Below, piece by piece: positions 10,790-19,471 of a stretch of DNA of 64,000 bases. The notes beneath the pieces are model-generated. The model was not told the origin of the DNA, made no database searches, and saw only the letters and a program-made list of their open reading frames with translations. The translations under genes were made by a program, and so were the position numbers. The DNA lies in IMG/VR virus record IMGVR_UViG_3300027899_000001, positions 310,001 through 374,000 of that record; one strand, 5' to 3'. Within the stretch, counting starts at the first letter, position 1, and every line of letters begins with the position of its first letter.

Positions 10790-11077
10790 CTATTGTTTTA
10801 AATGAATGATATTTTCTATTTTTTGTTTTAGAGTTATTTCGTGTCTATCTTTTCTTATGTAATTATTCCAAATGTATATTGATATTGTGAATACAAATAC
10901 TGTCACAATAAATACTTTAATAAGATACGGAACAATGCTAATAAGTTTCTTAAATTTTTGAGTAAGTTTTAAAAAGAAATGATCACTATGATAAATACTT
11001 GGATCACATTTATTAAATTTATATTTATTATCTTTAATAAAAGTTTCAATATTTTCTTCTGTCCATTCCATAATCAA
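10790..11077 (-). CDS. Hypothetical single-pass membrane protein
   Basis: ORF track. Confidence 0.55.
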   Translation of the reverse strand: MIMEWTEENIETFIKDNKYKFNKCDPSIYHSDHFFLKLTQKFKKLISIVPYLIKVFIVTVFVFTISIYIWNNYIRKDRHEITLKQKIENIIHLKQ

Positions 11078-11301
11078 TCTTTATAGTACAAATATAATTA
11101 AAATATATGAATAAATCATTAAAATGTTGTTAAAAAATTGTTAATGACTATTATATTATATTTATTCATCCTGTAATTCCAAAGGCTTTAAGAAAATATA
11201 AAACACCGGCAATAATTAGTATAATTACTATTATGCCAAATAATTTAAAGCATCCGCCTAAACAAGAACATCCACTTTCCATATAATATAGTTTTAATTT
11301 G

Positions 11302-11375
11302 AGGCCACAATCGGGATCGAACCGACTTCTCTGCGTTACGAAGGCAGAATCCTATGCCATCTAGACGATGCGGCC
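11302..11375 (-). tRNA. trnT-CGT: tRNA-Thr(CGT)
   Basis: Cloverleaf; loop TT-CGT-AA with C31-C39 mismatch; U73 as in the other Thr tRNAs here. Confidence 0.7.
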
Positions 11376-11384
11376 ATTTTTCGG

Positions 11385-11443
11385 ACGGGGCCCGCCTCCC
11401 ATTTAGGTGCCACGATTTTCGTGTCTTTAATAACCTGCCCCGT
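11385..11443 (-). ncRNA. Unidentified GC-rich structured spacer RNA
   Basis: ACGGGGC/GCCCCGT closing stem, AGGT/ACCT and CACG/CGTG inner helices. Confidence 0.35.
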
Positions 11444-11450
11444 ATCGGCG

Positions 11451-11533
11451 CGGAGAGCAGAGTACTCGAAACTCAGTCCTTGTAGACCCACTCGCTTTCC
11501 AGACGGTGGCAGACCCTATCTGCGTTACTCTCC
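11451..11533 (-). tRNA. trnS-GGA: tRNA-Ser(GGA)
   Basis: Long V-arm cloverleaf, loop CT-GGA-AA, G73. Confidence 0.8.
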
Positions 11534-11608
11534 ATAATCTCTCAGTGTATACATCGTTTCAGTAATACACTCATCAATATTGTTCCAATTGATGTTGAGA
11601 GAAGTTTG

Positions 11609-11693
11609 CGGAGAGAGCGGGTAACGATCCCGCTTGAGTATTGCCCCAGCCTCAGTTTAGCAAACTGGCCTATTACCTTCCTAGCCTCTCTCC
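11609..11693 (-). tRNA. trnS-GCT: tRNA-Ser(GCT)
   Basis: Loop TT-GCT-AA, long V-arm, atypical T-loop. Confidence 0.75.
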
Positions 11694-11697
11694 AATT

Positions 11698-11967
11698 TTA
11701 TCTTAGAAGATTCTTAATTATCATTGTTTTTGAATCTTCTAAAACTTTTTTAGTAAGTTTTATTACTTCATCAGCTTCTCCTTGTGATTCTTTAAGAAGT
11801 TGTTTATATTTTTCTACAGATTCATTTAAAAAAGTAATGTAATTATTTTTAACTTTATCAAGTTCATCCATAGCTTTTATTTTATCTCTAAGAGCTTCAA
11901 TCAATTCATCTTTTCTTTTGAATTCTGCCAAAAGGCTTTGTGTTAAATCATTGTTTGTCGAACTCAT
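11698..11967 (-). CDS. Hypothetical coiled-coil protein
   Basis: ORF track, fills gap between tRNAs. Confidence 0.6.
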   Translation of the reverse strand: MSSTNNDLTQSLLAEFKRKDELIEALRDKIKAMDELDKVKNNYITFLNESVEKYKQLLKESQGEADEVIKLTKKVLEDSKTMIIKNLLR

Positions 11968-11989
11968 TGTATCATATATTAAATGTTTG

Positions 11990-12079
11990 CGGAGTATAAA
12001 GGAATCGAACCCTCGGCGAACTACTGAACGCCGGCCTAGTTTTCGAGACTAGTTGTGCACCCATTGCACTCTACACTCC
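11990..12079 (-). tRNA. trnS-CGA: tRNA-Ser(CGA)
   Basis: CTAGT-CTCGAAA-ACTAG anticodon arm, long V-arm. Confidence 0.85.
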
Positions 12080-12339
12080 TAAATTTTCTTTAAAGGAAAA
12101 TGAATTAAAATTTTATCTTCATCCACTTCATTTAAAGATTTTTCATCTTTATCTTCCTCATCGATTACATATGCATTGCTATAAGCAAATTTTATGTATT
12201 CCATAGAGTTTTCATATGTTTTTCCTTTCTTCTCTAAAAAGTCAAACATATCGGATATCATTGCTTCACTACTTTTGTAACTTACAATTTCAAGAGTAAC
12301 TCTACCCACTAAATTTTTTTCATCTACAAATATTCTCAT
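12079..12339 (-). CDS. Hypothetical protein
   Basis: ORF track. Confidence 0.55.
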   Translation of the reverse strand: MRIFVDEKNLVGRVTLEIVSYKSSEAMISDMFDFLEKKGKTYENSMEYIKFAYSNAYVIDEEDKDEKSLNEVDEDKILIHFPLKKI

Positions 12340-12360
12340 ATTCTTATATTAAAAAAGTTT

Positions 12361-12450
12361 TGGCGGATGAGGTGGGGTTCGAACCCACGGACCACTTACG
12401 CGATCATTAGTTTTCAAGACTAACGCCATAGACCACTCGGCCACCCATCC
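12361..12450 (-). tRNA. trnS-TGA: tRNA-Ser(TGA)
   Basis: Canonical class II cloverleaf with encoded CCA. Confidence 0.95.
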
Positions 12451-12456
12451 AATTTG

Positions 12457-12528
12457 AGCCGAAAAAGGGTTTCGAACCCCCAACCTATAGTTTACAAAAC
12501 TATTGCTCTACCATTGAGCTACTTCGGC
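12457..12528 (-). tRNA. trnT-TGT: tRNA-Thr(TGT)
   Basis: ATAGT-TTTGTAA-ACTAT. Confidence 0.9.
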
Positions 12529-12535
12529 GTTTTTG

Positions 12536-12608
12536 AGCCCCCATGAGAATTCGAATCCCAGTCTTCGGTGTACAAAACCGACATAATTACCATCTATACG
12601 ATGGAGGC
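12536..12608 (-). tRNA. trnT-TGT: tRNA-Thr(TGT), second divergent copy
   Basis: TCGGT-TTTGTAC-ACCGA. Confidence 0.8.
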
Positions 12609-12616
12609 ATTTTTTG

Positions 12617-12688
12617 AGCCCTTACGCAGCTTCGAACTGCGAGTTCTACGATACCAACGTAGTGTTTTTCCTATTGAACTATAAGGGC
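12617..12688 (-). tRNA. trnT-GGT: tRNA-Thr(GGT)
   Basis: CTACG-TTGGTAT-CGTAG. Confidence 0.85.
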
Positions 12689-12699
12689 ATTAAAAATCG

Positions 12700-12776
12700 T
12701 TCCGAAGGAGGGGGTCGAACCCTCATGTAACCAATTACCCTTTCAACAGTGTATAAGACAGGGGGGATACTCCGGA
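12700..12776 (-). tRNA. D-armless tRNA-like RNA, anticodon TAT (Ile-AUA?)
   Basis: Acceptor TCCGGAG/CTTCGGA, perfect T-arm, loop CT-TAT-AC (imperfect stem) directly after acceptor, long extra segment. Confidence 0.55.
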
Positions 12777-12777
12777 G

Positions 12778-12894
12778 TGGAGCGTGTTCCTGGATTTGAA
12801 CCAAGACTTCCGCAATTACGAGTGCGGTGTTCTACAAAGGATTTTCTCGTGAGAAATGGTACCAATTTCCTTTCCTTCCTTAAACTACACACGC
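12778..12894 (-). tRNA. tRNA-Thr(CGT)-like gene with ~40-nt D-loop insertion and 8-nt anticodon loop
   Basis: Encoded CCA, T-arm CTTGG-TTCAAAT-CCAGG, stem CCGCA/TGCGG, D-stem GTTT/GAAC enclosing AAAGGA...TCCTTT hairpin. Confidence 0.55.
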
Positions 12895-12901
12895 ATTAAA
12901 A

Positions 12902-13102
12902 AATTAACTATGAGCATAGCCGCCATTCTGTTCTATTCCACCATTTGTCTATGCCTCAACCTTGTTATTATAGACCAGCTCACCGTCTAAACTATTTTGA
13001 GTTGCATCCTCGGCGGTTCAATCGATTATTAGTCTCCCTCCTTAAGCTGTGATGTGGCGAACTTCCTCACCTTTCGGCGCGATGGATCCTCGGTAGTTAA
13101 TT
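12902..13102 (-). ncRNA. rnpB: Minimal RNase P RNA (catalytic domain only)
   Basis: P1 ends pair; P2 TCCATC/GGTGGA; P3 GCC-GAAA-GGT; P4 GAGGAAG-T-TCGCCA with AACAGAA-TGGCGG-CT (bulged U); P5 CATC/GATG then CAA; P15 CTC/GAG with GGT; TAGACAAAT junction. Confidence 0.85.
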
Positions 13103-13361
13103 ATATTCAAAGAACACATTCTATTACAACATATAAAAGTCCGCAACATAAAACTGCTCCAATTGAAGCAAATACTAACGCTTCTTTCCATGATGCTTTA
13201 TTGATATATCTATAGGTAATTAAATTACCTGTAAACAATCCTAAAGTAAAAACTAGTATGTCTAATATGTCCATGACTTTAATTTTTTTATAATGTAAAT
13301 ATAAACATTATTTCTGAATTAAAAAAATATTTTGCCAATTATTTTCAAAGAACTTGTAAAT

Positions 13362-13387
13362 AAAAAAGGGAGCTAAAAAGCTCCCTT
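13362..13387 (-). terminator. Intrinsic terminator (attenuator of tRNA array 1)
   Basis: AAGGGAGC-TTTTTA-GCTCCCTT followed by T-run. Confidence 0.85.
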
Positions 13388-13411
13388 AATTTATGATACA
13401 CGAGAGCATAT

Positions 13412-13471
13412 TTATTCCGTACCTGTTGTTGAACTGGTTATTGATATCGATATGTTATTAATTGCTTTCAT
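13412..13471 (-). promoter_or_regulatory. Leader peptide MKAINNISISITSSTTGTE (attenuator 1)
   Basis: 19-codon ORF rich in ATA/TCN/AGT/ACN directly before terminator. Confidence 0.75.
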
Positions 13472-13518
13472 TGTATATTATATATCATACTATATTTAAA
13501 GTTTTCGATTACTTAATG

Positions 13519-14460
13519 CTAAATATAAGGTGTTGGTGTTATTTTCATTTTTCCAAATTTCTCTTCATATTTTGCTAATTTAGCTTGGCCATCTCCGTTT
13601 AATAAATAGGCTCCTGTTTTTTTATCTATATGTATTTTTGGATGAACTATATCTTTAATACCATCTCCCCAATATCCTACATTTGTTAATGGATGATAAC
13701 TTCCTTTTCCATAAGTTAATTCATACAAAAATTTAGAAAGTTCTTTATCACTGGTTACTGTATTTTCATTTATGTATTTTAAGACTCTATAAATTTTATA
13801 TCCATGAGGATATGATTGTCCCTGTTGTGATTTTTGAACTCCTAAAAATAATTTAATTTTATCAAGTTTTTTCTGATCTCTTGGATGAACTAATTCTGGT
13901 AATTCATCTATATGATCTCTTAAATATTGTATAATTTTGTCATGTTGTGCAACTTTTGAAAATAATCTAAAATTATAATCTGTTTGAAAAAGTGCATTAA
14001 TCATTCCAATTTTTAACTTATCTCCTCTTTCAATACATTTCTTAAATAAAGAAAAATTACCAGCTTTGCATGCTACCGTTAATTCTTCTTCAGGTGAAAG
14101 TGTTGCAAGAGTTCCTTCTAAATTTAAAACATAATAAGCTTTTTGAGATAAATCTTCAAATTTTGCGCCCCTTTGTATTAAAGTATCTACAAATTCATGC
14201 ATTTCATAAGAAAAAGAATTTTGTAATGCTCTTTGAACGTTATAATCAGAATGATGATTTATTATATATGAAATAAAATCTTTTTTTCTTTTATAAAAAC
14301 ATTGATCTAAAGCATCATTTATTTGATTTTTTATATCAATTCTTCTCCAAAGTTCTAAAGTATCTAACCAATTCTGTATTTTATGATCCATGCCTATTCC
14401 CATATCATAAATAGGATCGGACTCTTCAGTAAATTTTTCGAATATACGCCAAGCTTTCAT
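13519..14460 (-). CDS. DPIxDMGIG-motif protein with ankyrin-like helical repeats
   Basis: N-terminal motif; LTVACKAGNFSLFKKCIERG segment. Confidence 0.7.
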   Translation of the reverse strand: MKAWRIFEKFTEESDPIYDMGIGMDHKIQNWLDTLELWRRIDIKNQINDALDQCFYKRKKDFISYIINHHSDYNVQRALQNSFSYEMHEFVDTLIQRGAKFEDLSQKAYYVLNLEGTLATLSPEEELTVACKAGNFSLFKKCIERGDKLKIGMINALFQTDYNFRLFSKVAQHDKIIQYLRDHIDELPELVHPRDQKKLDKIKLFLGVQKSQQGQSYPHGYKIYRVLKYINENTVTSDKELSKFLYELTYGKGSYHPLTNVGYWGDGIKDIVHPKIHIDKKTGAYLLNGDGQAKLAKYEEKFGKMKITPTPYI

Positions 14461-14476
14461 ATAAGATATATTTATT

Positions 14477-14797
14477 TTATATATCTTCTGTGGAAATAGT
14501 CTTTATTCTTTCAGCTATTTGTTGATTTTTAATTGTGAATACATTTCTTGTAGCTATCCAAGCATCTGCGGGATTAACTTCTGAAGTTAAAAATGTAGTA
14601 TACATTGGATAATAGAAATCAGTTAATTCTTGTTTTTCTTCTTCTAATAAAGGTAAATGACCAAATAAAATAAGAAAATCTTCTAATGGCATTATTTCAT
14701 CAACATTTATTTCGTCCCAGCTTTTCATTTTTATGTAATTTGTATTTTTTGTAAAATCTTGTATTTGAATAATCATACATATCAGGATTATAATCAA
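14477..14797 (-). CDS. Hypothetical protein (true start probably MKSW)
   Basis: ORF track. Confidence 0.5.
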   Translation of the reverse strand: MIIILICMIIQIQDFTKNTNYIKMKSWDEINVDEIMPLEDFLILFGHLPLLEEEKQELTDFYYPMYTTFLTSEVNPADAWIATRNVFTIKNQQIAERIKTISTEDI

Positions 14798-14912
14798 ACC
14801 AGTTTATTCCATCATAAAAACAAATAATTATCATATTAAATAATGCAACTGTTGTAATTAATATTGAAATTGCTAACCAAATTACTGCTATTATGATAAT
14901 TATTTTATCCAT
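14700..14912 (-). CDS. Small membrane protein
   Basis: ORF track, hydrophobic N-terminus. Confidence 0.5.
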   Translation of the reverse strand: MDKIIIIIAVIWLAISILITTVALFNMIIICFYDGINWFDYNPDMYDYSNTRFYKKYKLHKNEKLGRNKC

Positions 14913-14913
14913 G

Positions 14914-15150
14914 TCATTCTACTTTTGGTTTTCCACCTAATCTGCGAGTTATTCTTCCTTTTGTTAAATCATAAGGACTCATTTCAATTAGAACCTTATC
15001 TCCGGGAAGTATCTGTATCGAATTCATACGAATTTTTCCAGATAAGTGAGTTACTATTATATGTCCATTTGTTAATTGAGATCTAAAAATAGAATTTCCA
15101 AGTGCTTCTGTTATTACACCTTCTATTTCTACGTTTTGTTGCTTTGACAT
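14914..15150 (-). CDS. infA: Translation initiation factor IF-1
   Basis: [10 protein letters not shown]...[34 protein letters not shown]. Confidence 0.95.
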   Translation of the reverse strand: MSKQQNVEIEGVITEALGNSIFRSQLTNGHIIVTHLSGKIRMNSIQILPGDKVLIEMSPYDLTKGRITRRLGGKPKVE

Positions 15151-15153
15151 ATG

Positions 15154-15366
15154 TTATTGTTTTGAATAAAGTTTTACCCACTCAGGTTTTCCGTGATGCC
15201 ATAATCCACATACTTTACATTGATAAACAGTATAATCACTGTGCACAATACCTTGTCCTATAAGAAAATCAAGAGAATCTTGTGCGTATTTCTGTGAGCT
15301 AAATGATATTCTACGAACTTGATTAGGAATTTCTCCTGCTACGCATAAACCTTTTTCGCCTTTCAT
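15154..15366 (-). CDS. Small Zn-finger protein
   Basis: YQCKVCGLWHHG. Confidence 0.6.
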   Translation of the reverse strand: MKGEKGLCVAGEIPNQVRRISFSSQKYAQDSLDFLIGQGIVHSDYTVYQCKVCGLWHHGKPEWVKLYSKQ

Positions 15367-15368
15367 AA

Positions 15369-15629
15369 TTAATCTTTTTTATCTATGTTTGGTACTGAGT
15401 TTCCGCCTTTAATTAAAATTCCCATTATCCATGTTAAACATACTGATGTCCACCAAGGAAGTTTAGCAAGAATTATTCCAGATGCTACTGCTTTAGGAAA
15501 AAGAACAGGAAATGTATAGGGCCAAATCCAATATACAATTGTTCCACCAAGAAATGCTGCTATAGCAATTAAAGCTGCCGCAAAAACTATTGCTCCAATT
15601 GCTACAAATAATTTTAAAAATCCTTCCAT
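15369..15629 (-). CDS. Membrane protein
   Basis: Hydrophobic ORF. Confidence 0.6.
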   Translation of the reverse strand: MEGFLKLFVAIGAIVFAAALIAIAAFLGGTIVYWIWPYTFPVLFPKAVASGIILAKLPWWTSVCLTWIMGILIKGGNSVPNIDKKD

Positions 15630-15683
15630 GTTTAATTTTTTAGTAAGTAAATATAATACTAATTTCTGATATAAAAAAATATT

Positions 15684-16268
15684 TTAGTATTTTTTTTCAA
15701 CGTATTCAATTAATTTTTTAATATTTTTATCTGCAGATGTTCCAAATAAGCCTATACATTTATTTAAAAATTCTATTCGTTTTTCTTTATATACTTTATC
15801 AGAAGCATACGAATTTTCTTTTCTTATTAATTTTTCATTTTTTAATAAGCCTTCATATCCTTTTTTAAATTTAGAATTATCAGCTTCCCAAAAAATTCGT
15901 TCTAATGTTAACGTAGGTCTTTTACGATGTTTTGTAGTTTCTATTAAATCACAAACAACTTTTTTCATTTTAAGATCTTTTCCTATATAAGAATCTAAGA
16001 AAAATTGTATAGATTGATCTTCATTATCAGTTTTCTTTGGGTCATATATTGCATCATGAAAAAATGCAGCAAGTAAAAGTGCTTGTTTTTCATAAACGTT
16101 TAATCTTCGAAATTCTGGAGTTTCTCCTATATCTTCAATAATATCTCGAAGATGTATTTCATTATGATAAAATCTATCTGGCTTAGTCCAAAAGAATTTT
16201 AGAAGTTTAATAGATTGCTGTGATACATATAGATTTAATGTATCATTAAATGTGATAAATGGGTTCAT
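15684..16268 (-). CDS. HD-superfamily metal-dependent phosphohydrolase
   Basis: RFYHNEIH, AAFFHDAIYDP, DNEDQS. Confidence 0.85.
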   Translation of the reverse strand: MNPFITFNDTLNLYVSQQSIKLLKFFWTKPDRFYHNEIHLRDIIEDIGETPEFRRLNVYEKQALLLAAFFHDAIYDPKKTDNEDQSIQFFLDSYIGKDLKMKKVVCDLIETTKHRKRPTLTLERIFWEADNSKFKKGYEGLLKNEKLIRKENSYASDKVYKEKRIEFLNKCIGLFGTSADKNIKKLIEYVEKKY

Positions 16269-16319
16269 TATGTTATTTAATTAACTAGTATCTTTTTCAC
16301 ATTGACAATTTAAAAAGAG

Positions 16320-16390
16320 AGCGCATGATCAGAATCGAACTGACGTCGAAAGCTTGGAAGGCTCCCGCACTACCACTGTGCTACACGCGC
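16320..16390 (-). tRNA. trnG-TCC: tRNA-Gly(TCC)
   Basis: Loop CT-TCC-AA, U73. Confidence 0.85.
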
Positions 16391-16590
16391 TTGGTAATAT
16401 AATATCTAATTCTCCAGAATGCTCTTTTATACCAGGGAATAGATTTCCATTTATTATGATATTCAAACCATGTTTTTACTTGATCAAAAGAAAGAGTTTC
16501 AGCAGGTAAAGTATCAATACTTATTGGACCCCCTTCAGGTGTGGGAAATATAATTATTTCGCCTGTTTTTCTATCTTGTATTTCTAACAT
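16381..16590 (-). CDS. Hypothetical protein; stop lies inside tRNA-Gly 5' end
   Basis: ORF track. Confidence 0.5.
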   Translation of the reverse strand: MLEIQDRKTGEIIIFPTPEGGPISIDTLPAETLSFDQVKTWFEYHNKWKSIPWYKRAFWRIRYYITKRV

Positions 16591-16605
16591 AGTTTACTAT
16601 ATTTG

Positions 16606-16676
16606 AGCGCCACAGGGTAATCGAAACCCCATGTTCAGACTGGCAATCTGACGTAATACCTTTATACCAATGGCGC
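16606..16676 (-). tRNA. trnG-GCC: tRNA-Gly(GCC)
   Basis: TCAGA-TTGCCAG-TCTGA. Confidence 0.85.
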
Positions 16677-16679
16677 ATT

Positions 16680-17354
16680 TTACCAAAAAATAATTTCATA
16701 TATAATTAAAGGAAATTTTTCTTTAAATGCTATTTCTTTTAACTTTGTTTCATTTAATGTAACATTCCAAGAATTTTTTATTTCTACGACTTTATTATCA
16801 TTTATTAAAAAATCTGGTTGGTATGTTCTATTATTTCCCTTTTCGTCTTTATATTTAATTTTAAAATTTTCAGGTTCGTACGTAAATTTTAAAATTTCAT
16901 TGTTTTTATTTATATCATCAATATATATTTTTTCATATGAAGATCTAACATTAAATTGTTTTTTACCTGTATGTTTTTCTGAATAAACCTTAATAAGTTT
17001 TGTATTTTTAGGACTTTTTCCATACATTCCATTTTTTTCTCCTGAATTTTTTCCTAACATTTTTTTACTTATTGCTTTTCGTGCTTCAAGACTTATATTT
17101 TTTGAAGAACATGATCGTGAACAATATTTTTGATGTCTTTTATTCCAACGAATTTTAAATTTTTTTCCACATTTTTTACATATATTAACTACATCTGAAT
17201 GTGAATTTAATTTTCTTTTTTTACGTATTTTATCATTTATCAAAGAACGTTTTTCTTTTGTACTGAAACTTTTTGCGCATTTAGAAGAACAAAATCTTCC
17301 AGAACCATATAATCCATTGTGCTCTTTTTTACAAGTTTCACAAATATACTTCAT
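16680..17354 (-). CDS. Free-standing endonuclease, Cys-repeat DNA-binding region plus PD-(D/E)xK (TnsA-like) domain
   Basis: FCSSKCA, YCSRSC; RSSYE...YQPDFL...VEIK. Confidence 0.75.
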   Translation of the reverse strand: MKYICETCKKEHNGLYGSGRFCSSKCAKSFSTKEKRSLINDKIRKKRKLNSHSDVVNICKKCGKKFKIRWNKRHQKYCSRSCSSKNISLEARKAISKKMLGKNSGEKNGMYGKSPKNTKLIKVYSEKHTGKKQFNVRSSYEKIYIDDINKNNEILKFTYEPENFKIKYKDEKGNNRTYQPDFLINDNKVVEIKNSWNVTLNETKLKEIAFKEKFPLIIYEIIFW

Positions 17355-17409
17355 TGTTTTATTTTATATATTCATGAAATAATTTGAACTTGTGTCTTTA
17401 ACCTTGAGC

Positions 17410-17664
17410 TTAATATTTAGTACCACCTATCATTCCTCCGCCATATCGACGAAATTTATATGGGTGGTATGTAATATTCTTTTTATATTTTCTGTATGCT
17501 TTTCTCTTTGTCTTTTTGTTATGTTTAGAATGAAATTCTTTATTTCTTCCTAACTCTGTGTTTTCTAATAACATTAAGTTCTTTCTTTCATTATTAGAAC
17601 AATGTTTAGTTGAAGAACACCCTACTAGTAATAATATAAAGATAAGTATAAAAAGTTTTCGCAC
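17410..17664 (-). CDS. Putative lipoprotein
   Basis: LLVGC lipobox. Confidence 0.55.
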   Translation of the reverse strand: MRKLFILIFILLLVGCSSTKHCSNNERKNLMLLENTELGRNKEFHSKHNKKTKRKAYRKYKKNITYHPYKFRRYGGGMIGGTKY

Positions 17665-17674
17665 TATATAGATT

Positions 17675-17887
17675 TTATTTTAGTTGTTCTAGTATTTTTT
17701 CTATTTGTTTTTGTACATCATCAATTTCTTTTGATATACGTTCTAATTCAATTTGTTCTTCTGGCTCTGTTCTCCAACCATATAAATCTGCAAGTCTATT
17801 AGTTTCAAATATAAAGTTTTCTAATAACTTAGCTTTTAATTTAAGAAATCTCGCTAATGTTTCGTAATTAATAATCTTATCTTCCAT
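17675..17887 (-). CDS. Hypothetical protein
   Basis: ORF track. Confidence 0.55.
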   Translation of the reverse strand: MEDKIINYETLARFLKLKAKLLENFIFETNRLADLYGWRTEPEEQIELERISKEIDDVQKQIEKILEQLK

Positions 17888-17902
17888 ATATTTTTTATAT
17901 AT

Positions 17903-18208
17903 TCAAATCTTCCATTTTGTCTTTCGATTATGTTTCCACGTTCTATACATCCTTACTTGATGTTGCCAAATCAATTTAGATTTCCAATATCCTCTATACC
18001 CTCTGTTGTGTTTTTGATATTCTCCATATAATTCTGGATAAGGATCATCGTCTACTACTCTCAATATATGATATATTCGACGATTAGCTGTTGTTTTCAT
18101 TAATTTATCTCTTTTCATGGTACCATTGTTTTTTTCTTTTACTTTGGTCTTTCCATGAAGTAGAAAAATGTCTTCCCATCCATCTGTTACAACCTTCGTG
18201 AAGTCCAC
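17903..18208 (-). CDS. Small basic hypothetical protein
   Basis: ORF track; shares TTxNRRxY with next ORF. Confidence 0.45.
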   Translation of the reverse strand: MDFTKVVTDGWEDIFLLHGKTKVKEKNNGTMKRDKLMKTTANRRIYHILRVVDDDPYPELYGEYQKHNRGYRGYWKSKLIWQHQVRMYRTWKHNRKTKWKI

Positions 18209-18296
18209 AGAGATGACAAGAAGTTAATCTAAGAATTTGTATACGAGAAAGTCTATATACTCTTCTATTAGTTGTTGTTCTAAAATTGTCATTCAT
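18105..18296 (-). CDS. Small basic hypothetical protein
   Basis: ORF track. Confidence 0.5.
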   Translation of the reverse strand: MNDNFRTTTNRRVYRLSRIQILRLTSCHLCGLHEGCNRWMGRHFSTSWKDQSKRKKQWYHEKR

Positions 18297-18413
18297 AATC
18301 TTTAGGTTATTTTACCTAAAGACCATCATATGTTTTTTTCATATTGTTTATTTAATTGTGTAAATATAATAAAAATTTCTGATATATTAAAATCTTTATC
18401 TATATATTTTTTG

Positions 18414-18486
18414 TAACTCCACTGAGATTCGAACTCAGATCAAGAATTTAGGAAATTCTTATTCTAATCCATTGAAATATGGAGTC
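18414..18486 (-). tRNA. trnR-CCT: tRNA-Arg(CCT)
   Basis: AGAAT-TTCCTAA-ATTCT. Confidence 0.85.
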
Positions 18487-18487
18487 A

Positions 18488-19471
18488 TTAAAATTCAGGA
18501 CATGGAAGAGCTCTCATTCGTTGTTTTCCATTTCTTTCAAAAAATCTATTAAATTCATAGATAAATGAAATTTCATGAGCTCCAACTGTTGCTCTATTGA
18601 GACTAGAAATTGTAAAATCGTAACTATAGCCAACAAATATATTTTTTGTTTTTAATCCTGCTAAACCTATAACTGCATCTCCTGGTTGATTTGATAATCC
18701 TGGAATGCCTCTATACCAAAGTCCTAAAATAAGTGGAGGTCTTGCATAATAAACTCCTACATCTGCTTGATAAAACTTTCCTTGGGTTTGTAAATTAACT
18801 GCTAAAGAAACAACATCTTGTCGTTCTATTTTAAGTCTTTGTTTCTTTATTATTTGTATTCCTCCATATAAGTTTACCTTTACTGGAACTCTTGATTCAT
18901 CTCCATAAAAAGAAATTTTAGGAGTTAACATATGATCTACTGTTACTCCACTCCATATTCTATCATTATACGCTATTATCGATGAAGCAAAGTCTATACT
19001 TGCTGAATTATCAAAAGTTGGTGGAATAACTGGAGGAGTATTGTTTATATTACTATTAAATATAAGTTTGTTAATATCTAATCCTAAATATTGAAATTTG
19101 AAATTAACACCAGGCCTTACATGCCATGTATTATTAATTTTAATATCATAAGAATATAAAGCTCCTATTGTTGTATTACTTAAATCTCCTGATCCTGCTA
19201 CATCGTATGATGCAATTATTCCTATTCCTGAATTATATTGAGGTAACGCTTTATCAAATGAAACACTATAAGTGTTATAGATATTTGATATTCCAGGCCA
19301 CTGATTTCTATAATTCATTGTTAATCTATAATCTTCTGTAGCACCTGCAAAAGATGGCGCTAACCATAACTTGTTGGCATAAAATTGTGAATACGTTGGA
19401 TCTTGTGCAAAAGTATTTGAATAGATTACAAATAACAGAATAAATGAACATATGTATTTTACAATACGCAT
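18488..19471 (-). CDS. PorP/SprF family T9SS outer-membrane protein
   Basis: QDPTYSQFY...APSFAG...YRNQWPG...YSYDFTIS...HEISFIY. Confidence 0.9.
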   Translation of the reverse strand: MRIVKYICSFILLFVIYSNTFAQDPTYSQFYANKLWLAPSFAGATEDYRLTMNYRNQWPGISNIYNTYSVSFDKALPQYNSGIGIIASYDVAGSGDLSNTTIGALYSYDIKINNTWHVRPGVNFKFQYLGLDINKLIFNSNINNTPPVIPPTFDNSASIDFASSIIAYNDRIWSGVTVDHMLTPKISFYGDESRVPVKVNLYGGIQIIKKQRLKIERQDVVSLAVNLQTQGKFYQADVGVYYARPPLILGLWYRGIPGLSNQPGDAVIGLAGLKTKNIFVGYSYDFTISSLNRATVGAHEISFIYEFNRFFERNGKQRMRALPCPEF

